Below, in pieces: positions 1 through 9,195 of a stretch of DNA of 32,000 bases. Below the pieces are notes generated by a model that worked only from the letters and a program-made list of their open reading frames with translations, did no database searches and was not told the DNA's origin. The position numbers and the translations under genes were made by a program. Numbering within the stretch: position 1 is the stretch's first letter; the number at the start of each line of letters is the position of its first letter. The DNA comes from Nostoc punctiforme PCC 73102 (GTDB lineage: Bacteria > Cyanobacteriota > Cyanobacteriia > Cyanobacteriales > Nostocaceae), in NCBI RefSeq assembly GCF_000020025.1, contig NC_010628.1, positions 7,740,001-7,772,000 on the forward strand, given 5' to 3'.

Positions 1-110
1 TTTGGCAGTACCAGCAAGTAATTTAATGCTTGACAAGCACCCTGAACTCTTGGGCTTAATTATACATTACTAACTAGCAAAGTTGTATTATTGGTAGATA
101 ATTATGTTTC

Positions 111-869
111 CTAATCCAACATTTCTAGGTCAATTCCTAAAGCATTGAGTTGTTCAGCAGAGAGAGTACGCAATTTCTCTACAATTCTCTCCCGCTTTTG
201 TCGCTCAACTTCAGCCCGTTCCTCACCCGTTAGCAGTAAATTTCCTTGTGCATCCCACCAGCGCAACCAAGGTAATTCTGCATTCTGATAAAATCCTTGC
301 CAGATTCCTAACTCTACACCCATAGGAGCAATTGGGTAGTGTCCCCGTTCATTGGGTTGCATTAGTTCATAAGTATTATCGATTAGGTGGTAAACTTCCA
401 CTTGAGCTTTTGCTACTTCATAAATTCCATAATAAGGCACTCGAATTGCCTGCTCATAAACCCAAAACTTACCAACATTTCCACCTTCACCTTGAGATGG
501 CGGTGTGTTATTTCGTTCTTCTGAACCATCTCCAGAGACAAATTCAATCACAATTAGGGGTGCAACATACTCCTTCCACAGCACATAAGAACGGCGCATT
601 TTACCGTTAAGTGTCGGTGGTACATTGGGTACATAAAACCAGTCTGGTGCTTCAGCCCCTTTTTCAGGAGGATCTGTCAATCGCCAGTAGATACCAGAAT
701 CTTGTCCGATACAATATTGACCGTCAGGATGAAGTTGCTCTAGAACAGGTCTAATTGAATCTGTAATTAAAATGCTTTGCGGATGCTCCTGAAGATTTTC
801 CACAAATGTACCATCTGAGTCTGGTAACTGTGTGTGGTCAGGTAAAGTTAATGCCGATAGGGAAGTCAT
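111..869 (-). CDS. Uma2-family (DUF820) restriction-endonuclease-like protein, apparently intact copy
   Basis: ORF 111..881. The ATG at 869 (MTSLSALTLPD...) is preferred over the upstream TTG. It has the typical cyanobacterial Uma2 layout: LPDSDG near the N-terminus, the PDWFYVPNV and IVIEFVS segments, and a charged C-terminal coil ending in LGIDLE. Confidence 0.8.
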   Translation of the reverse strand: MTSLSALTLPDHTQLPDSDGTFVENLQEHPQSILITDSIRPVLEQLHPDGQYCIGQDSGIYWRLTDPPEKGAEAPDWFYVPNVPPTLNGKMRRSYVLWKEYVAPLIVIEFVSGDGSEERNNTPPSQGEGGNVGKFWVYEQAIRVPYYGIYEVAKAQVEVYHLIDNTYELMQPNERGHYPIAPMGVELGIWQGFYQNAELPWLRWWDAQGNLLLTGEERAEVERQKRERIVEKLRTLSAEQLNALGIDLEMLD

Positions 870-1019
870 GGGCACAACCAAGATTATATTTGTATTTTAT
901 TTATTATCCTAATAAATCTAACAAACTCTGTTGTGGTAGACGACTTTATGCTTGTAAATTTTGCACTTATTCGGTGTAAGTATATAGCGACAGTTTGGAT
1001 TTATTGCACCAATTTAAAA

Positions 1020-1715
1020 TTAATAGATGACAAGAGAAGATTTAATCATATTGAGTAATGGCTGTATAAATATATCCACTATTGGCTTTGCGAAAGCAAG
1101 TAAAACTCCAATAGTAATCGTCAATACTAAAGTCTGTTTAATAGAATAATTCTCTACTTTTTTCTCCAGATCATCCAAACGTTTTACCAAAGAAGGAAGA
1201 GAAGCAACTGAATCAGGACTATTCATTAAATCAGTGGGAATTAAATCATAACCTAGCTTCTTTCGTGGCTTATCATCATCTTTATCTAAATCTGCATACC
1301 ATATAGAAAAAACTTTCTCACCTCTTCCTATATGAAGGTGAAGAGGCCCAGCATTATAAACAGCAAAAATTAGTTTACCGTTATAGCCTGGATCGACATG
1401 AAGACCTGAAACATTAATTAGCCCCTTTGACTTAAATTTAAATTTAATCGAAATGAATGCAAGTGCATTATCAGGAACTTTGACTGTTTCAGAAGTTATC
1501 AAAAATGCAAACTGTCCTGGAGGGATAGGAACAGTTTCTTTATCACTAAGAATAATTTTTTTCCGTTCTTTGAGAGGTGTATCAGGAAGGGCTGAAATAT
1601 AAACTTCTTCTCCTAAGCACAATTCGTATGATGCAGACTGAATTTGATCCTCATTAAATGGTTCAATTAAACTGGGAAGACGAGAACTTAAAGTTTGTGA
1701 TGACCAAAAACTCAT
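1020..1715 (-). CDS. dCTP deaminase / dUTPase-fold (Dcd-like) protein with a C-terminal transmembrane helix
   Basis: 231 aa with an ATG start. The N-terminus (SSQTL...IEPF...QIQSASYELCLGEEVY) and the core (GLHVDPGYNGKLIFAVYNAGPLHLHIGRGEKVFSIWY) align by eye with the Dcd motifs (IDPGWSG..LEFYNSG..L..G..I). The C-terminus contains a hydrophobic stretch, LVLTITIGVLLAFAKPIVDIFIQPLL. It is the last gene of a tightly spaced co-directional four-gene cluster. Confidence 0.6.
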   Translation of the reverse strand: MSFWSSQTLSSRLPSLIEPFNEDQIQSASYELCLGEEVYISALPDTPLKERKKIILSDKETVPIPPGQFAFLITSETVKVPDNALAFISIKFKFKSKGLINVSGLHVDPGYNGKLIFAVYNAGPLHLHIGRGEKVFSIWYADLDKDDDKPRKKLGYDLIPTDLMNSPDSVASLPSLVKRLDDLEKKVENYSIKQTLVLTITIGVLLAFAKPIVDIFIQPLLNMIKSSLVIY

Positions 1716-1741
1716 TTGTTTTCCTGCAAGATATCGTTAAG

Positions 1742-2677
1742 TTAATGTTTTATCTCTACGGAGGCTGAACACAGGCTAGACTTTTTCAAATAGGTTATCA
1801 AGCGTGCATCAAGGTCAAGAACTACCCTTCCTCCCCGATTTTTCTCTACCTGTCGCCAGACATCATAGCCCATCAGAATCGCTTTCTCCCAATCGCCCAA
1901 CGAACATTGAGAAACTTCTAAATGGCATGTCATATTTTTGATAGTCTTCAATATTTGGTAATCTAATGTTGAAACTCTTTCTAAGAAACCGTGATTTTTG
2001 GCATAGCTAAATATAAGTGCTGATATACCTTCTTCAATGGCTATTGCACGTCCACCGTCTTCAACCTCGTCAATACTAGAATTACTTTTGCGCTTACGTT
2101 TAAGCATACTACGAGTGACCGCAGACCAACCTAAAACTGCGGCGTAGGAAAAATGGAAAACATCATGAAAGCGGTAGCCATCACTTGTATAGGAATTATC
2201 CGTGAGATCATTTCCAACTTGTTTTTTGTTGATAAATGCCTTCATTTTGATTGAGTTATCTTTGCTTATCTCCGTAATTTCTACTTCAAATTGTCGTGGT
2301 AAACTTTCATTTTCAGGAAAGTCATTGTCGAATATGTAGGTTGTACCTTTATCCTCTATCTGTGCTGAATCTCTCCATCCCCAACGGTCACGGCACTTTC
2401 TCAGATTATCTTCCGCAATTTCTTCCAAATTAAGGTTAAACTTGCTTGCCAAGTTGGAAATATACCAAAGCATATCTCCCAATTCTTCCGCGATGCCTTC
2501 TTTAAATAGTTTGTGTGCATCACCGTCGCGTAAATGTTTTTTATACTCAGTCATCAATGAGCCAACTTCACCCACTAAACCTAGTAGCGGTATCATTAAT
2601 TCAGTACCTTCGACAGCAGGAATTTGGTCTGTCTTCAGTGCTTGTGTTTGATACTCAGAAAAATTCATAATAGACAT
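1742..2677 (-). CDS. MazG-like nucleoside triphosphate pyrophosphohydrolase with an additional ~190-aa C-terminal domain of unknown function
   Basis: ORF 1742..2683, with ATG codons at 2677 and 2668. The N-terminal ~100 aa carry MazG-type motifs (GLVGEVGSLMTEYKK, EELGDMLWYISNLA, NL.K...RW). The remainder (GYRFHDVFHFSYAAVLGWS..., IEEGISALIFSYAK...) matches no family I can name with certainty. Confidence 0.7.
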   Translation of the reverse strand: MSIMNFSEYQTQALKTDQIPAVEGTELMIPLLGLVGEVGSLMTEYKKHLRDGDAHKLFKEGIAEELGDMLWYISNLASKFNLNLEEIAEDNLRKCRDRWGWRDSAQIEDKGTTYIFDNDFPENESLPRQFEVEITEISKDNSIKMKAFINKKQVGNDLTDNSYTSDGYRFHDVFHFSYAAVLGWSAVTRSMLKRKRKSNSSIDEVEDGGRAIAIEEGISALIFSYAKNHGFLERVSTLDYQILKTIKNMTCHLEVSQCSLGDWEKAILMGYDVWRQVEKNRGGRVVLDLDARLITYLKKSSLCSASVEIKH

Positions 2678-2776
2678 ATCCAATTTTAAAATTGTTGATT
2701 ATAGTGATTCTCTGAAGGATAAAATATAAACTTGACGATGAATAAAAAGTATCGCCATTAGAAAATTAAACTATAT

Positions 2777-3274
2777 TTATAGAGAATTACTAGGAAAAAT
2801 AATTGGTTGTGTACTAACTGAAAGACGTAACGGATGGTGTGGGTATCCATACTTTGTTAGAACTAGGCAGTAAAGAGGTTGTTTATCAGAAATTAGACTT
2901 AACACTTCTTTTTCACGGTTCTGAATTCTGGGATATTTCCCCGCACCCCATGCCAAAATAATTAAGGCAGCGCGTTTTGTTGCTACTTGAATATAGCAGT
3001 TGTTTTTTGGCCCCACAGGGTCATCTACTTGGCAAAGTTCACGGGGGTTTGTAGCACAATAAGCAAATAGATTAACTACTTCAAGAGAACCATATTTCCA
3101 AGACTTAGCAAAGTTAATACATCTAGTGAGAGTGTGATCATTTTTCTTATCATCGGCGATACTTGGGTTAAGCATCACAAAAGTAACTTGAGGTAAACTT
3201 ATATCCCATTTACGGCGCAGTAAGTAGCGATACTTTCTAGTGATGTCGAACTTAGCATATCCTTTTATGTCCAT
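2777..3274 (-). CDS. DUF1643 domain protein
   Basis: 165 aa with an ATG start. The pattern FVMLNPSIADDKKNDHTLTRCINFAKSWKYGSLEVVNLFAY..T.P.EL...DPVGPKN...ILAWG matches my recollection of the DUF1643 consensus (MLNPS.AD...DPT.RRC..FA...GYG...V.NLFA.R.T.P..L...DP.GP.N...AWG). Confidence 0.7.
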   Translation of the reverse strand: MDIKGYAKFDITRKYRYLLRRKWDISLPQVTFVMLNPSIADDKKNDHTLTRCINFAKSWKYGSLEVVNLFAYCATNPRELCQVDDPVGPKNNCYIQVATKRAALIILAWGAGKYPRIQNREKEVLSLISDKQPLYCLVLTKYGYPHHPLRLSVSTQPIIFPSNSL

Positions 3275-3319
3275 GTATTTTACTCTGAATTACTATGGAT
3301 TTATAAAGAGCGGCTTATC

Positions 3320-4609
3320 TTAAAACAGACACAACTGTTTATGCTTTTCAATTTCTATATTTTGTAAAACTTTTGATTTTTTTCTCTGAGTCTCTTGTTC
3401 AGATTTTTTATATTGTTTTGATACATTATTCGGAATTTCAGATGTTGTTTTTACCTGAGAATCTAGTTCCAAAGATAATTGCTGACAATTACTATTATTT
3501 AATATTTGCAAATTAGTAATCTCTAATGTTGGCAATCTCTGTGCTAAACTTTCTTGAACTTTATCATTAATGCACCATTTGGGTGGATAAAAATAATCAA
3601 TTGCGTGAGGCGTTGAAGTAAATTTTGATTTGATTTTTTTGCGATTACTTTTCAATTCGGGAAATGCTGCTCGGCAGTATTTATCCGTTTCACAAAAAAG
3701 ATTTTGACAGTCTATAGCCTGTAGTGGACGACCCCAGAGTGATTGAAAATTTAACCCCAAACGCTGAAACTCTTTTTCTTGGTTTTCAGTCATCCAATGA
3801 ATTATATCAGTATATGTTTTACCATCTGTATCGACAAAACACTTGCTGATACCACGTTCGGCTCCTGGTCCTGCTATAGTAAAACTGTTTTCCTCAAAGT
3901 TGATAATTTCACTATAGTTAATATCTGTCGCTAATTGGTAAGCCATAAACTTACCTAGCAATGGATATTCTTGAATAATCTTAAAAACGTCTTCAAAATT
4001 TTTGGCTTTGACTATGTGATTGACCACTCTATCTTGGGCAACCATTTTATCAAGTAATGCCAAATGGTTCTGGTGTTTTTTATCATAACCAAACTCTTTG
4101 CTGGCACAAGACATATATGCACTGGTATAAATGACATATCCAAGATTCATAGCCTCTTGTAATATATCTGAATATACATTTGAGTCGAAATTAGACAGTG
4201 TTATATAGTCTCCTATTTTGTTTTCTAAGTATTCCCATGTTTCTATTTTATTAAAAATTTTAAATAGTAGAATCCGTAAAATTACCTCTTCTTCATTCTG
4301 GCTCCTATTCTGATCGTAAATCACCTTTTTGATCAGATATTGTGAAACGCGATCGCTTGCTCGATATGCATTACAAAATTTATAAGTATTAATGATCGGG
4401 TCACTCGTCCACGGTGGTGGTACGTTGTTAATTTTGTTGAAAAATACTTCCTGCCGCATAGCAGCAAATCGCCAATAGGTATCAAAAATTTCTTGTCTTA
4501 CTTGCATACACTGTTCTCCTGGTTTATCGTTATCAGTTTCAAACCTGTTTTTTATCCATGAGGCAAGATTATGCGACAACTGCCGCATAATCATCGTACC
4601 CGATCGCAT
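3320..4609 (-). CDS. aGPT-pyrophosphorylase-like / putative DNA-base hypermodification family protein (alpha-glutamyl/putrescinyl-thymine pyrophosphorylase-like)
   Basis: ORF 3320..4618. The first codon is TTG, with ATG codons at 4609, 4594 and 4588. The N-terminal signature IFDTYWRFAAMRQEVFFNKINNVPPPWTSDPIINTYKFCNAYRASDRVSQYL resembles the W..R..I...R.....PWT.D.IL..Y.F.N.YR..DR.T signature I associate with this family. It is the first gene of the four-gene cluster. The family assignment is from memory and needs an HMM check. Confidence 0.5.
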   Translation of the reverse strand: MRSGTMIMRQLSHNLASWIKNRFETDNDKPGEQCMQVRQEIFDTYWRFAAMRQEVFFNKINNVPPPWTSDPIINTYKFCNAYRASDRVSQYLIKKVIYDQNRSQNEEEVILRILLFKIFNKIETWEYLENKIGDYITLSNFDSNVYSDILQEAMNLGYVIYTSAYMSCASKEFGYDKKHQNHLALLDKMVAQDRVVNHIVKAKNFEDVFKIIQEYPLLGKFMAYQLATDINYSEIINFEENSFTIAGPGAERGISKCFVDTDGKTYTDIIHWMTENQEKEFQRLGLNFQSLWGRPLQAIDCQNLFCETDKYCRAAFPELKSNRKKIKSKFTSTPHAIDYFYPPKWCINDKVQESLAQRLPTLEITNLQILNNSNCQQLSLELDSQVKTTSEIPNNVSKQYKKSEQETQRKKSKVLQNIEIEKHKQLCLF

Positions 4610-4680
4610 TTCTAGCAAAACATCCTTAAAGCCGAGCGCAGCAACTATTCTTAACTTTTATCTACTGAATAATATGATTT

Positions 4681-5361
4681 TCAGGAAACACTAGGATCGT
4701 CAGCAGTTTTGATCTCTTTCAATATTCGTTCGACTTGGTTAACTTTTTCACCTCTATTCTGTGCTTTGAAAATATTTAAGGCTTTTTCTAGAGAAGACAG
4801 CGCCTCATCTTTTTTATTTGTTTGCCACAATACCAATGCAAAATTAGTCAGGGCCTCGCCATAGTTAGGATTGATTTCTAGAGCTTTTTTATATTCAGTC
4901 ATGGCTTCATCCCAGCGACTTTGGCTAGCATAAACCATACCGATCGCATTATAAGCTAAAGCGTATTTTGACTGGAGACGAATGGCTTCTTGATAAGCGC
5001 TAATTGCTTCTTCTGGTTTCTTTTGCCGAAAAAGCACATTTCCCAGTTGAAAGTGTCCAAAGGCATCGTCTGGAAATTTTTTAATTAACTTGCGTAAATT
5101 TTCCTCTGCACCTGTTAAGTCTCCCTGATTAAATAAAGCATTGGCTTGTTGCAGCATCTGCGATCGCTCTGATGGCCCTGTATCTGAAAACTGTGCTAGT
5201 TTTTGTGGTTGTCTCTGTGCATCCTGTTCTGGCGGATGCAAAGAAACTTTTCCAGAAACCGCTAACGCTAATGGTGATAAACTAATTACAGTTAGAATAG
5301 TCAGCATCATGCAGCTAAAAGGTTGAACAAATGCTGATTTGGGTTTGCTCTTCAGCTTCAT
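4681..5361 (-). CDS. Secreted or membrane-anchored tetratricopeptide (TPR) repeat protein
   Basis: ORF 4681..5445. The likely start is MKLKSKPK... at 5361, followed by a signal or TM segment (CMMLTILTVISLSPLALA). Several TPR units follow (AISAYQEAIRLQSKYALAYNAIGMVY, AMTEYKKALEINPNYGEAL). Confidence 0.75.
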   Translation of the reverse strand: MKLKSKPKSAFVQPFSCMMLTILTVISLSPLALAVSGKVSLHPPEQDAQRQPQKLAQFSDTGPSERSQMLQQANALFNQGDLTGAEENLRKLIKKFPDDAFGHFQLGNVLFRQKKPEEAISAYQEAIRLQSKYALAYNAIGMVYASQSRWDEAMTEYKKALEINPNYGEALTNFALVLWQTNKKDEALSSLEKALNIFKAQNRGEKVNQVERILKEIKTADDPSVS

Positions 5362-5478
5362 CGCCCTCAATGCCTCAATAATGTTCTTATGTCCATAATA
5401 AAATGTGGGTGCGTTACGTGAAATACACCACAAGTAGGAACGCACATCTGTGCATCCCTACAAGGTCAATTGAATTAT

Positions 5479-7452
5479 TTACGTACCTTCCCGCAATTTA
5501 TCCAACACGCTTCTATCTTCTAACGTCGAAGTATCACCAGATACCTCTTGCCCAGCAGCTAGATTCCGCAATAAGCGCCGCATAATCTTACCCGATCGCG
5601 TTTTGGGCAAAGCATCAGTAAAGCGAATTTCTCCTGGACGTGCGATCGCACCAATTTCTTTGACGACGTGCTGCTTGAGTTCTTTACTCAGTTCCTCACT
5701 TCCCTGATAAGTGCCTTCTAAAGTCACAAAAGCAACTACTTCTTCACCTTTGAGTTCATCCGGCTTACCTACTACCGCCGCTTCTGCAACGGCTGGATGC
5801 GAAACTAAAGCTGATTCTACTTCCATTGTACCAAGGCGATGTCCTGATACATTCAGTACGTCATCCACACGACCCATTACCCAAAAGTAGCCGTCTTCAT
5901 CTTGTCTAGCGCCATCACCAGCAAAGTAAGTATATTTACCATCTTGGGGCGGAATGTGTTCCCAATAAGTGCGGCGGAAGCGTTCTGGATCGCCGTAAAC
6001 TGTCCGCATCATTCCTGGCCACGGATGGCGCACCGCCAGATAACCGCCTTCGTTATTGGGTACGGTGTTTCCTTCTAAATCCACGACATCTGCAATAATT
6101 CCTGGGAAGGGAAGAGTTGCAGAACCTGGTTTAGTAGGGATTGCTCCTGGTAGCGGTGTAATCATGATACCGCCAGTTTCCGTTTGCCACCAAGTATCAA
6201 CAATTGGACAGCGATCGCCACCAATTACTTTCTGATACCACATCCAAGCTTCTGGGTTAATGGGTTCGCCGACGGTTCCCAGCAAACGCAACGAAGACAA
6301 GTTTCGCGCATTAGGATGTTGTTCACCCATCTTAATAAATGCCCGAATTGCCGTAGGTGCAGTATAAAAAATATTAACGCCGTATTTTTCAATTACATCC
6401 CAGAAACAGCCAGGATTAGAAGCACGGGGCGCACCTTCATACATCACAGTCGTTGCACCGTTGGAAAGGGGACCGTAGACAATGTAACTGTGTCCCGTAA
6501 TCCAGCCTACATCTGCGGTACACCAATATACATCTGTGTCTTGCAGGTCGAATATCCACTTAGTGGTGATGTGGGTATACAGATTATAACCAGCAGTTGT
6601 ATGCACTACGCCCTTCGGTTTGCCGGTGCTACCAGAAGTGTAGAGGACAAATAGCATATCTTCACTATCCATCGGTTCGGCGGGACAATCTGCTGATGCA
6701 CTTTTTTGTAAATCATGCCACCAATGATCGCGTCCCCCCAATTGCATATAAGTTTCTTGTCCGGTGCGCTTAACAACTAGGACATTTTCGACGCTGGGAA
6801 CAGCACCATCAGCTAAGGCTTTATCTACTTGTTCTTTGAGAGGAACGATCGCATCTTTGCGCCAACCACCATCAGCCGTGATTACTAATTTAGCTGTGGC
6901 ATCAATTAAGCGATCGCGCAAAGCTTCGGCACTAAAACCACCAAATACTACGCCGTGTGGTGCGCCGATTCTGGCACAGGCTAACATTGCGATCGCAGCT
7001 TCAGGAATCATCGGCATATAGATTCCAACGCGATCGCCTTTTTGTACACCCAGTTGCTTCAATACATTGGCGAATTGGCAGACTTCCCGGTGTAGTTGGG
7101 CGTAAGTTAGGGTACGCGAATCACCTGGCTCTCCTTCCCAAATCAAGGCTGCTTTATTTTTGCGCCAAGTAGTGAGGTGTCTGTCAAGGCAGTTGTAAGA
7201 AATATTCATCTTACCGCCAACGAACCACTTCGCAAAAGGCGGTTGCCAATCTAGCACCGTGTCCCATTTTTGGAACCATTCTAATTCTGTTCCAGCCAAA
7301 TCTGCCCAAAATTGCTCTGGATCGGCTTTGGCTTTTTCATAGAGACGCTTGTAGTCGTCCAAGCTTTTAATGTGGGCGTTCTGCGAGAATTCACTAGGAG
7401 GATGGAAAAGGCGGTTCTCTTGGAGGATTGATTCGATATTTGGTTCTGACAT
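5479..7452 (-). CDS. acs: Acetyl-CoA synthetase (acetate--CoA ligase)
   Basis: 657 aa, full length. It has canonical Acs motifs ([53 protein letters not shown]). Confidence 0.97.
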   Translation of the reverse strand: MSEPNIESILQENRLFHPPSEFSQNAHIKSLDDYKRLYEKAKADPEQFWADLAGTELEWFQKWDTVLDWQPPFAKWFVGGKMNISYNCLDRHLTTWRKNKAALIWEGEPGDSRTLTYAQLHREVCQFANVLKQLGVQKGDRVGIYMPMIPEAAIAMLACARIGAPHGVVFGGFSAEALRDRLIDATAKLVITADGGWRKDAIVPLKEQVDKALADGAVPSVENVLVVKRTGQETYMQLGGRDHWWHDLQKSASADCPAEPMDSEDMLFVLYTSGSTGKPKGVVHTTAGYNLYTHITTKWIFDLQDTDVYWCTADVGWITGHSYIVYGPLSNGATTVMYEGAPRASNPGCFWDVIEKYGVNIFYTAPTAIRAFIKMGEQHPNARNLSSLRLLGTVGEPINPEAWMWYQKVIGGDRCPIVDTWWQTETGGIMITPLPGAIPTKPGSATLPFPGIIADVVDLEGNTVPNNEGGYLAVRHPWPGMMRTVYGDPERFRRTYWEHIPPQDGKYTYFAGDGARQDEDGYFWVMGRVDDVLNVSGHRLGTMEVESALVSHPAVAEAAVVGKPDELKGEEVVAFVTLEGTYQGSEELSKELKQHVVKEIGAIARPGEIRFTDALPKTRSGKIMRRLLRNLAAGQEVSGDTSTLEDRSVLDKLREGT

Positions 7453-7685
7453 GGTTAGTTATGAGTGCGATCGCTATTATTACTAAAAACTATTCTTAGC
7501 CCAGTTGTGCTAGATGGTGTTTAGATTTTCGTTAAGCTAGGTAGAAATTGCCGAGTTATTTAGTTTACATTCATTTTCATCTACCAAAACCAAGCGATCT
7601 GAGAAATGTAAAGACGTTACATTGCAGCCTATCTAGCGCGAATGTTGCAAAATATAAGTAGTCTTGACAAACAACGCCTGAAATT

Positions 7686-8330
7686 ATGACGCTCACGGTC
7701 GAAGCTAGCAGCTTATCTCTCAATGATGTTCATCGTCTTCTCAAGCTAGAAGAACTTTCAGTTGGTTCATTTGCAGATTTTTTAAATTTAGAACCATTGA
7801 CAGAGTTTGAACAGGAGGATTTATTGCGAATTAGAAACGACTTCCGTCGTTATCTCAGGCTTGGTAAAATTTCTGAGGGATTAGTTAAATTTTTAACGAT
7901 TGCACCACTAATGCGGTTAGCAGGGTTTTACGATGTGCCGATTCGGTTGACAATGGAAGATAGCATTGCGATCGCTGTCGAAGATGAAGACAGAAGAATT
8001 ACCGGACGGATGGATATTTTAGCAATCAACAGTTTTCAAAGTAATATTGCACCGCCATTTTGGGTTGTAGTAATTGAAACGAAAAACAGTGCGATTGAAG
8101 TGGGGGAAGGTTTACCTCAATTACTGACTTATGCTTTTAAGAGTTTAGAGCAACAACCATCTGTTTGGGGACTGGTAACTAATGGACTGCGTTATCAATT
8201 TGTTCATCTAAGACATGACGAGCAGTCAAATTATCAGTTAATGCCATTATTAAGCTTAAACGAATCTCCAGATGCAATAGAGTTATTGCAAGTTTTCAAA
8301 GGCATCTGCAAGTTAGCTAATTTTCAGTAA
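7686..8330 (+). CDS. PD-(D/E)xK restriction-endonuclease-like protein (HSDR_N-like fold)
   Basis: 214 aa. A putative nuclease core is GRMDILAIN...FWVVVIETKNS...QLLTYA (D...E.K...Q pattern). It belongs to a family commonly expanded in cyanobacteria, and a Uma2 gene lies immediately downstream. Confidence 0.5.
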   Translation: MTLTVEASSLSLNDVHRLLKLEELSVGSFADFLNLEPLTEFEQEDLLRIRNDFRRYLRLGKISEGLVKFLTIAPLMRLAGFYDVPIRLTMEDSIAIAVEDEDRRITGRMDILAINSFQSNIAPPFWVVVIETKNSAIEVGEGLPQLLTYAFKSLEQQPSVWGLVTNGLRYQFVHLRHDEQSNYQLMPLLSLNESPDAIELLQVFKGICKLANFQ

Positions 8331-8352
8331 ATAAATTGCGGAGCGATGGCAA

Positions 8353-9104
8353 ATGTCTGAACCTGCTACTTTAGAATTCATCTCTAATGGTATTTCAGAA
8401 GACGAAGTTATTTTTCCTCCTGGTGATATACTTAGTGACGAGCTACCCTTGAAAAGCGATTTACACCGTGACCAAATCGATTTGCTAATTCGCATACTAG
8501 AATTATGGTGGCGGGAGCGGCAATATTTCTATGCTTCTGGCAATTTGACGATTTACTACAGTCCTAACCAGAAAACATCAGAATATTTTCGTGGCCACAG
8601 ACTTTTTTGTAGTTTTGGGAACTCAGAAAAAAGACCGTAAGAGTTGGGTAGTTTGGCAAGAAAACGGCAAATATCCAAACGTGATTGTGGAAATTTTGTC
8701 AAGTTCAAAGACAGCAGTTGATAAAGGGTTAAAAAAACAAGTTTATCAAGATACCTTCCGTACACGAGATTATTTCTGGTTCGACCATGTAACAATGGAA
8801 CTTCAGGGATTCCATTTAGTTGATGGCAAGTATCAAGAAATCCAAGTAACTACTGATGGACGTTTGTGGAGTCAGCAGTTAGAACTTTATTTGGGAGTTT
8901 ATGAAGGTAAATTAAGATTCTTCACTACTGAAAATCAATTAATATTATCATCAGAAGAGTTAGCTGAACAAGAACGTTTACGTGCCCAACAAGCAGAAAA
9001 ACGTGCCCAAGAGTTCAGAAGAACGCGCCCAACAAGCAGAGCAAGAACTTGCTCGATTGCGGGAGGTATTACGCACACAGGGCATTGAGTTAGAGAATAT
9101 TTGA
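8353..9104 (+). pseudogene. Uma2-family endonuclease gene with two frameshifts
   Basis: The Uma2-like sequence is spread over three frames. Frame 1 covers 8353..~8595 (...NLTIYYSPNQKTSEYFRG). Frame 2 runs to ~9013 (DFFVVLGTQKKDRKSWVVWQENGKYPNVIVEILS...). A third frame encodes the expected tail, SEERAQQAEQELARLREVLRTQGIELENI, with its stop at 9102..9104. Confidence 0.8.
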
Positions 9105-9195
9105 TGACATCAGGAAATTAATTAGGTACACTTTCAAGTTAAGATTTAATTATTGGTGTGTAAAAAAGCGTTATCTTCTGAAAGTAGGGCCTCGT

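Noticed and set aside
4681-5445. TPR protein as a fifth member of the 1.0-4.6 kb operon
   Set aside because: It is on the same strand and only ~70 bp upstream, but its composition and HIP1-related content resemble the host. Its signal peptide and TPR architecture suggest an unrelated periplasmic or thylakoid-lumen protein. I kept it separate, although co-transcription cannot be excluded.
6184-7172. Plus-strand ORFs of 71-156 aa inside acs
   Set aside because: They are antisense to a full-length, highly conserved acs gene. They are typical shadow ORFs with no recognisable similarity.
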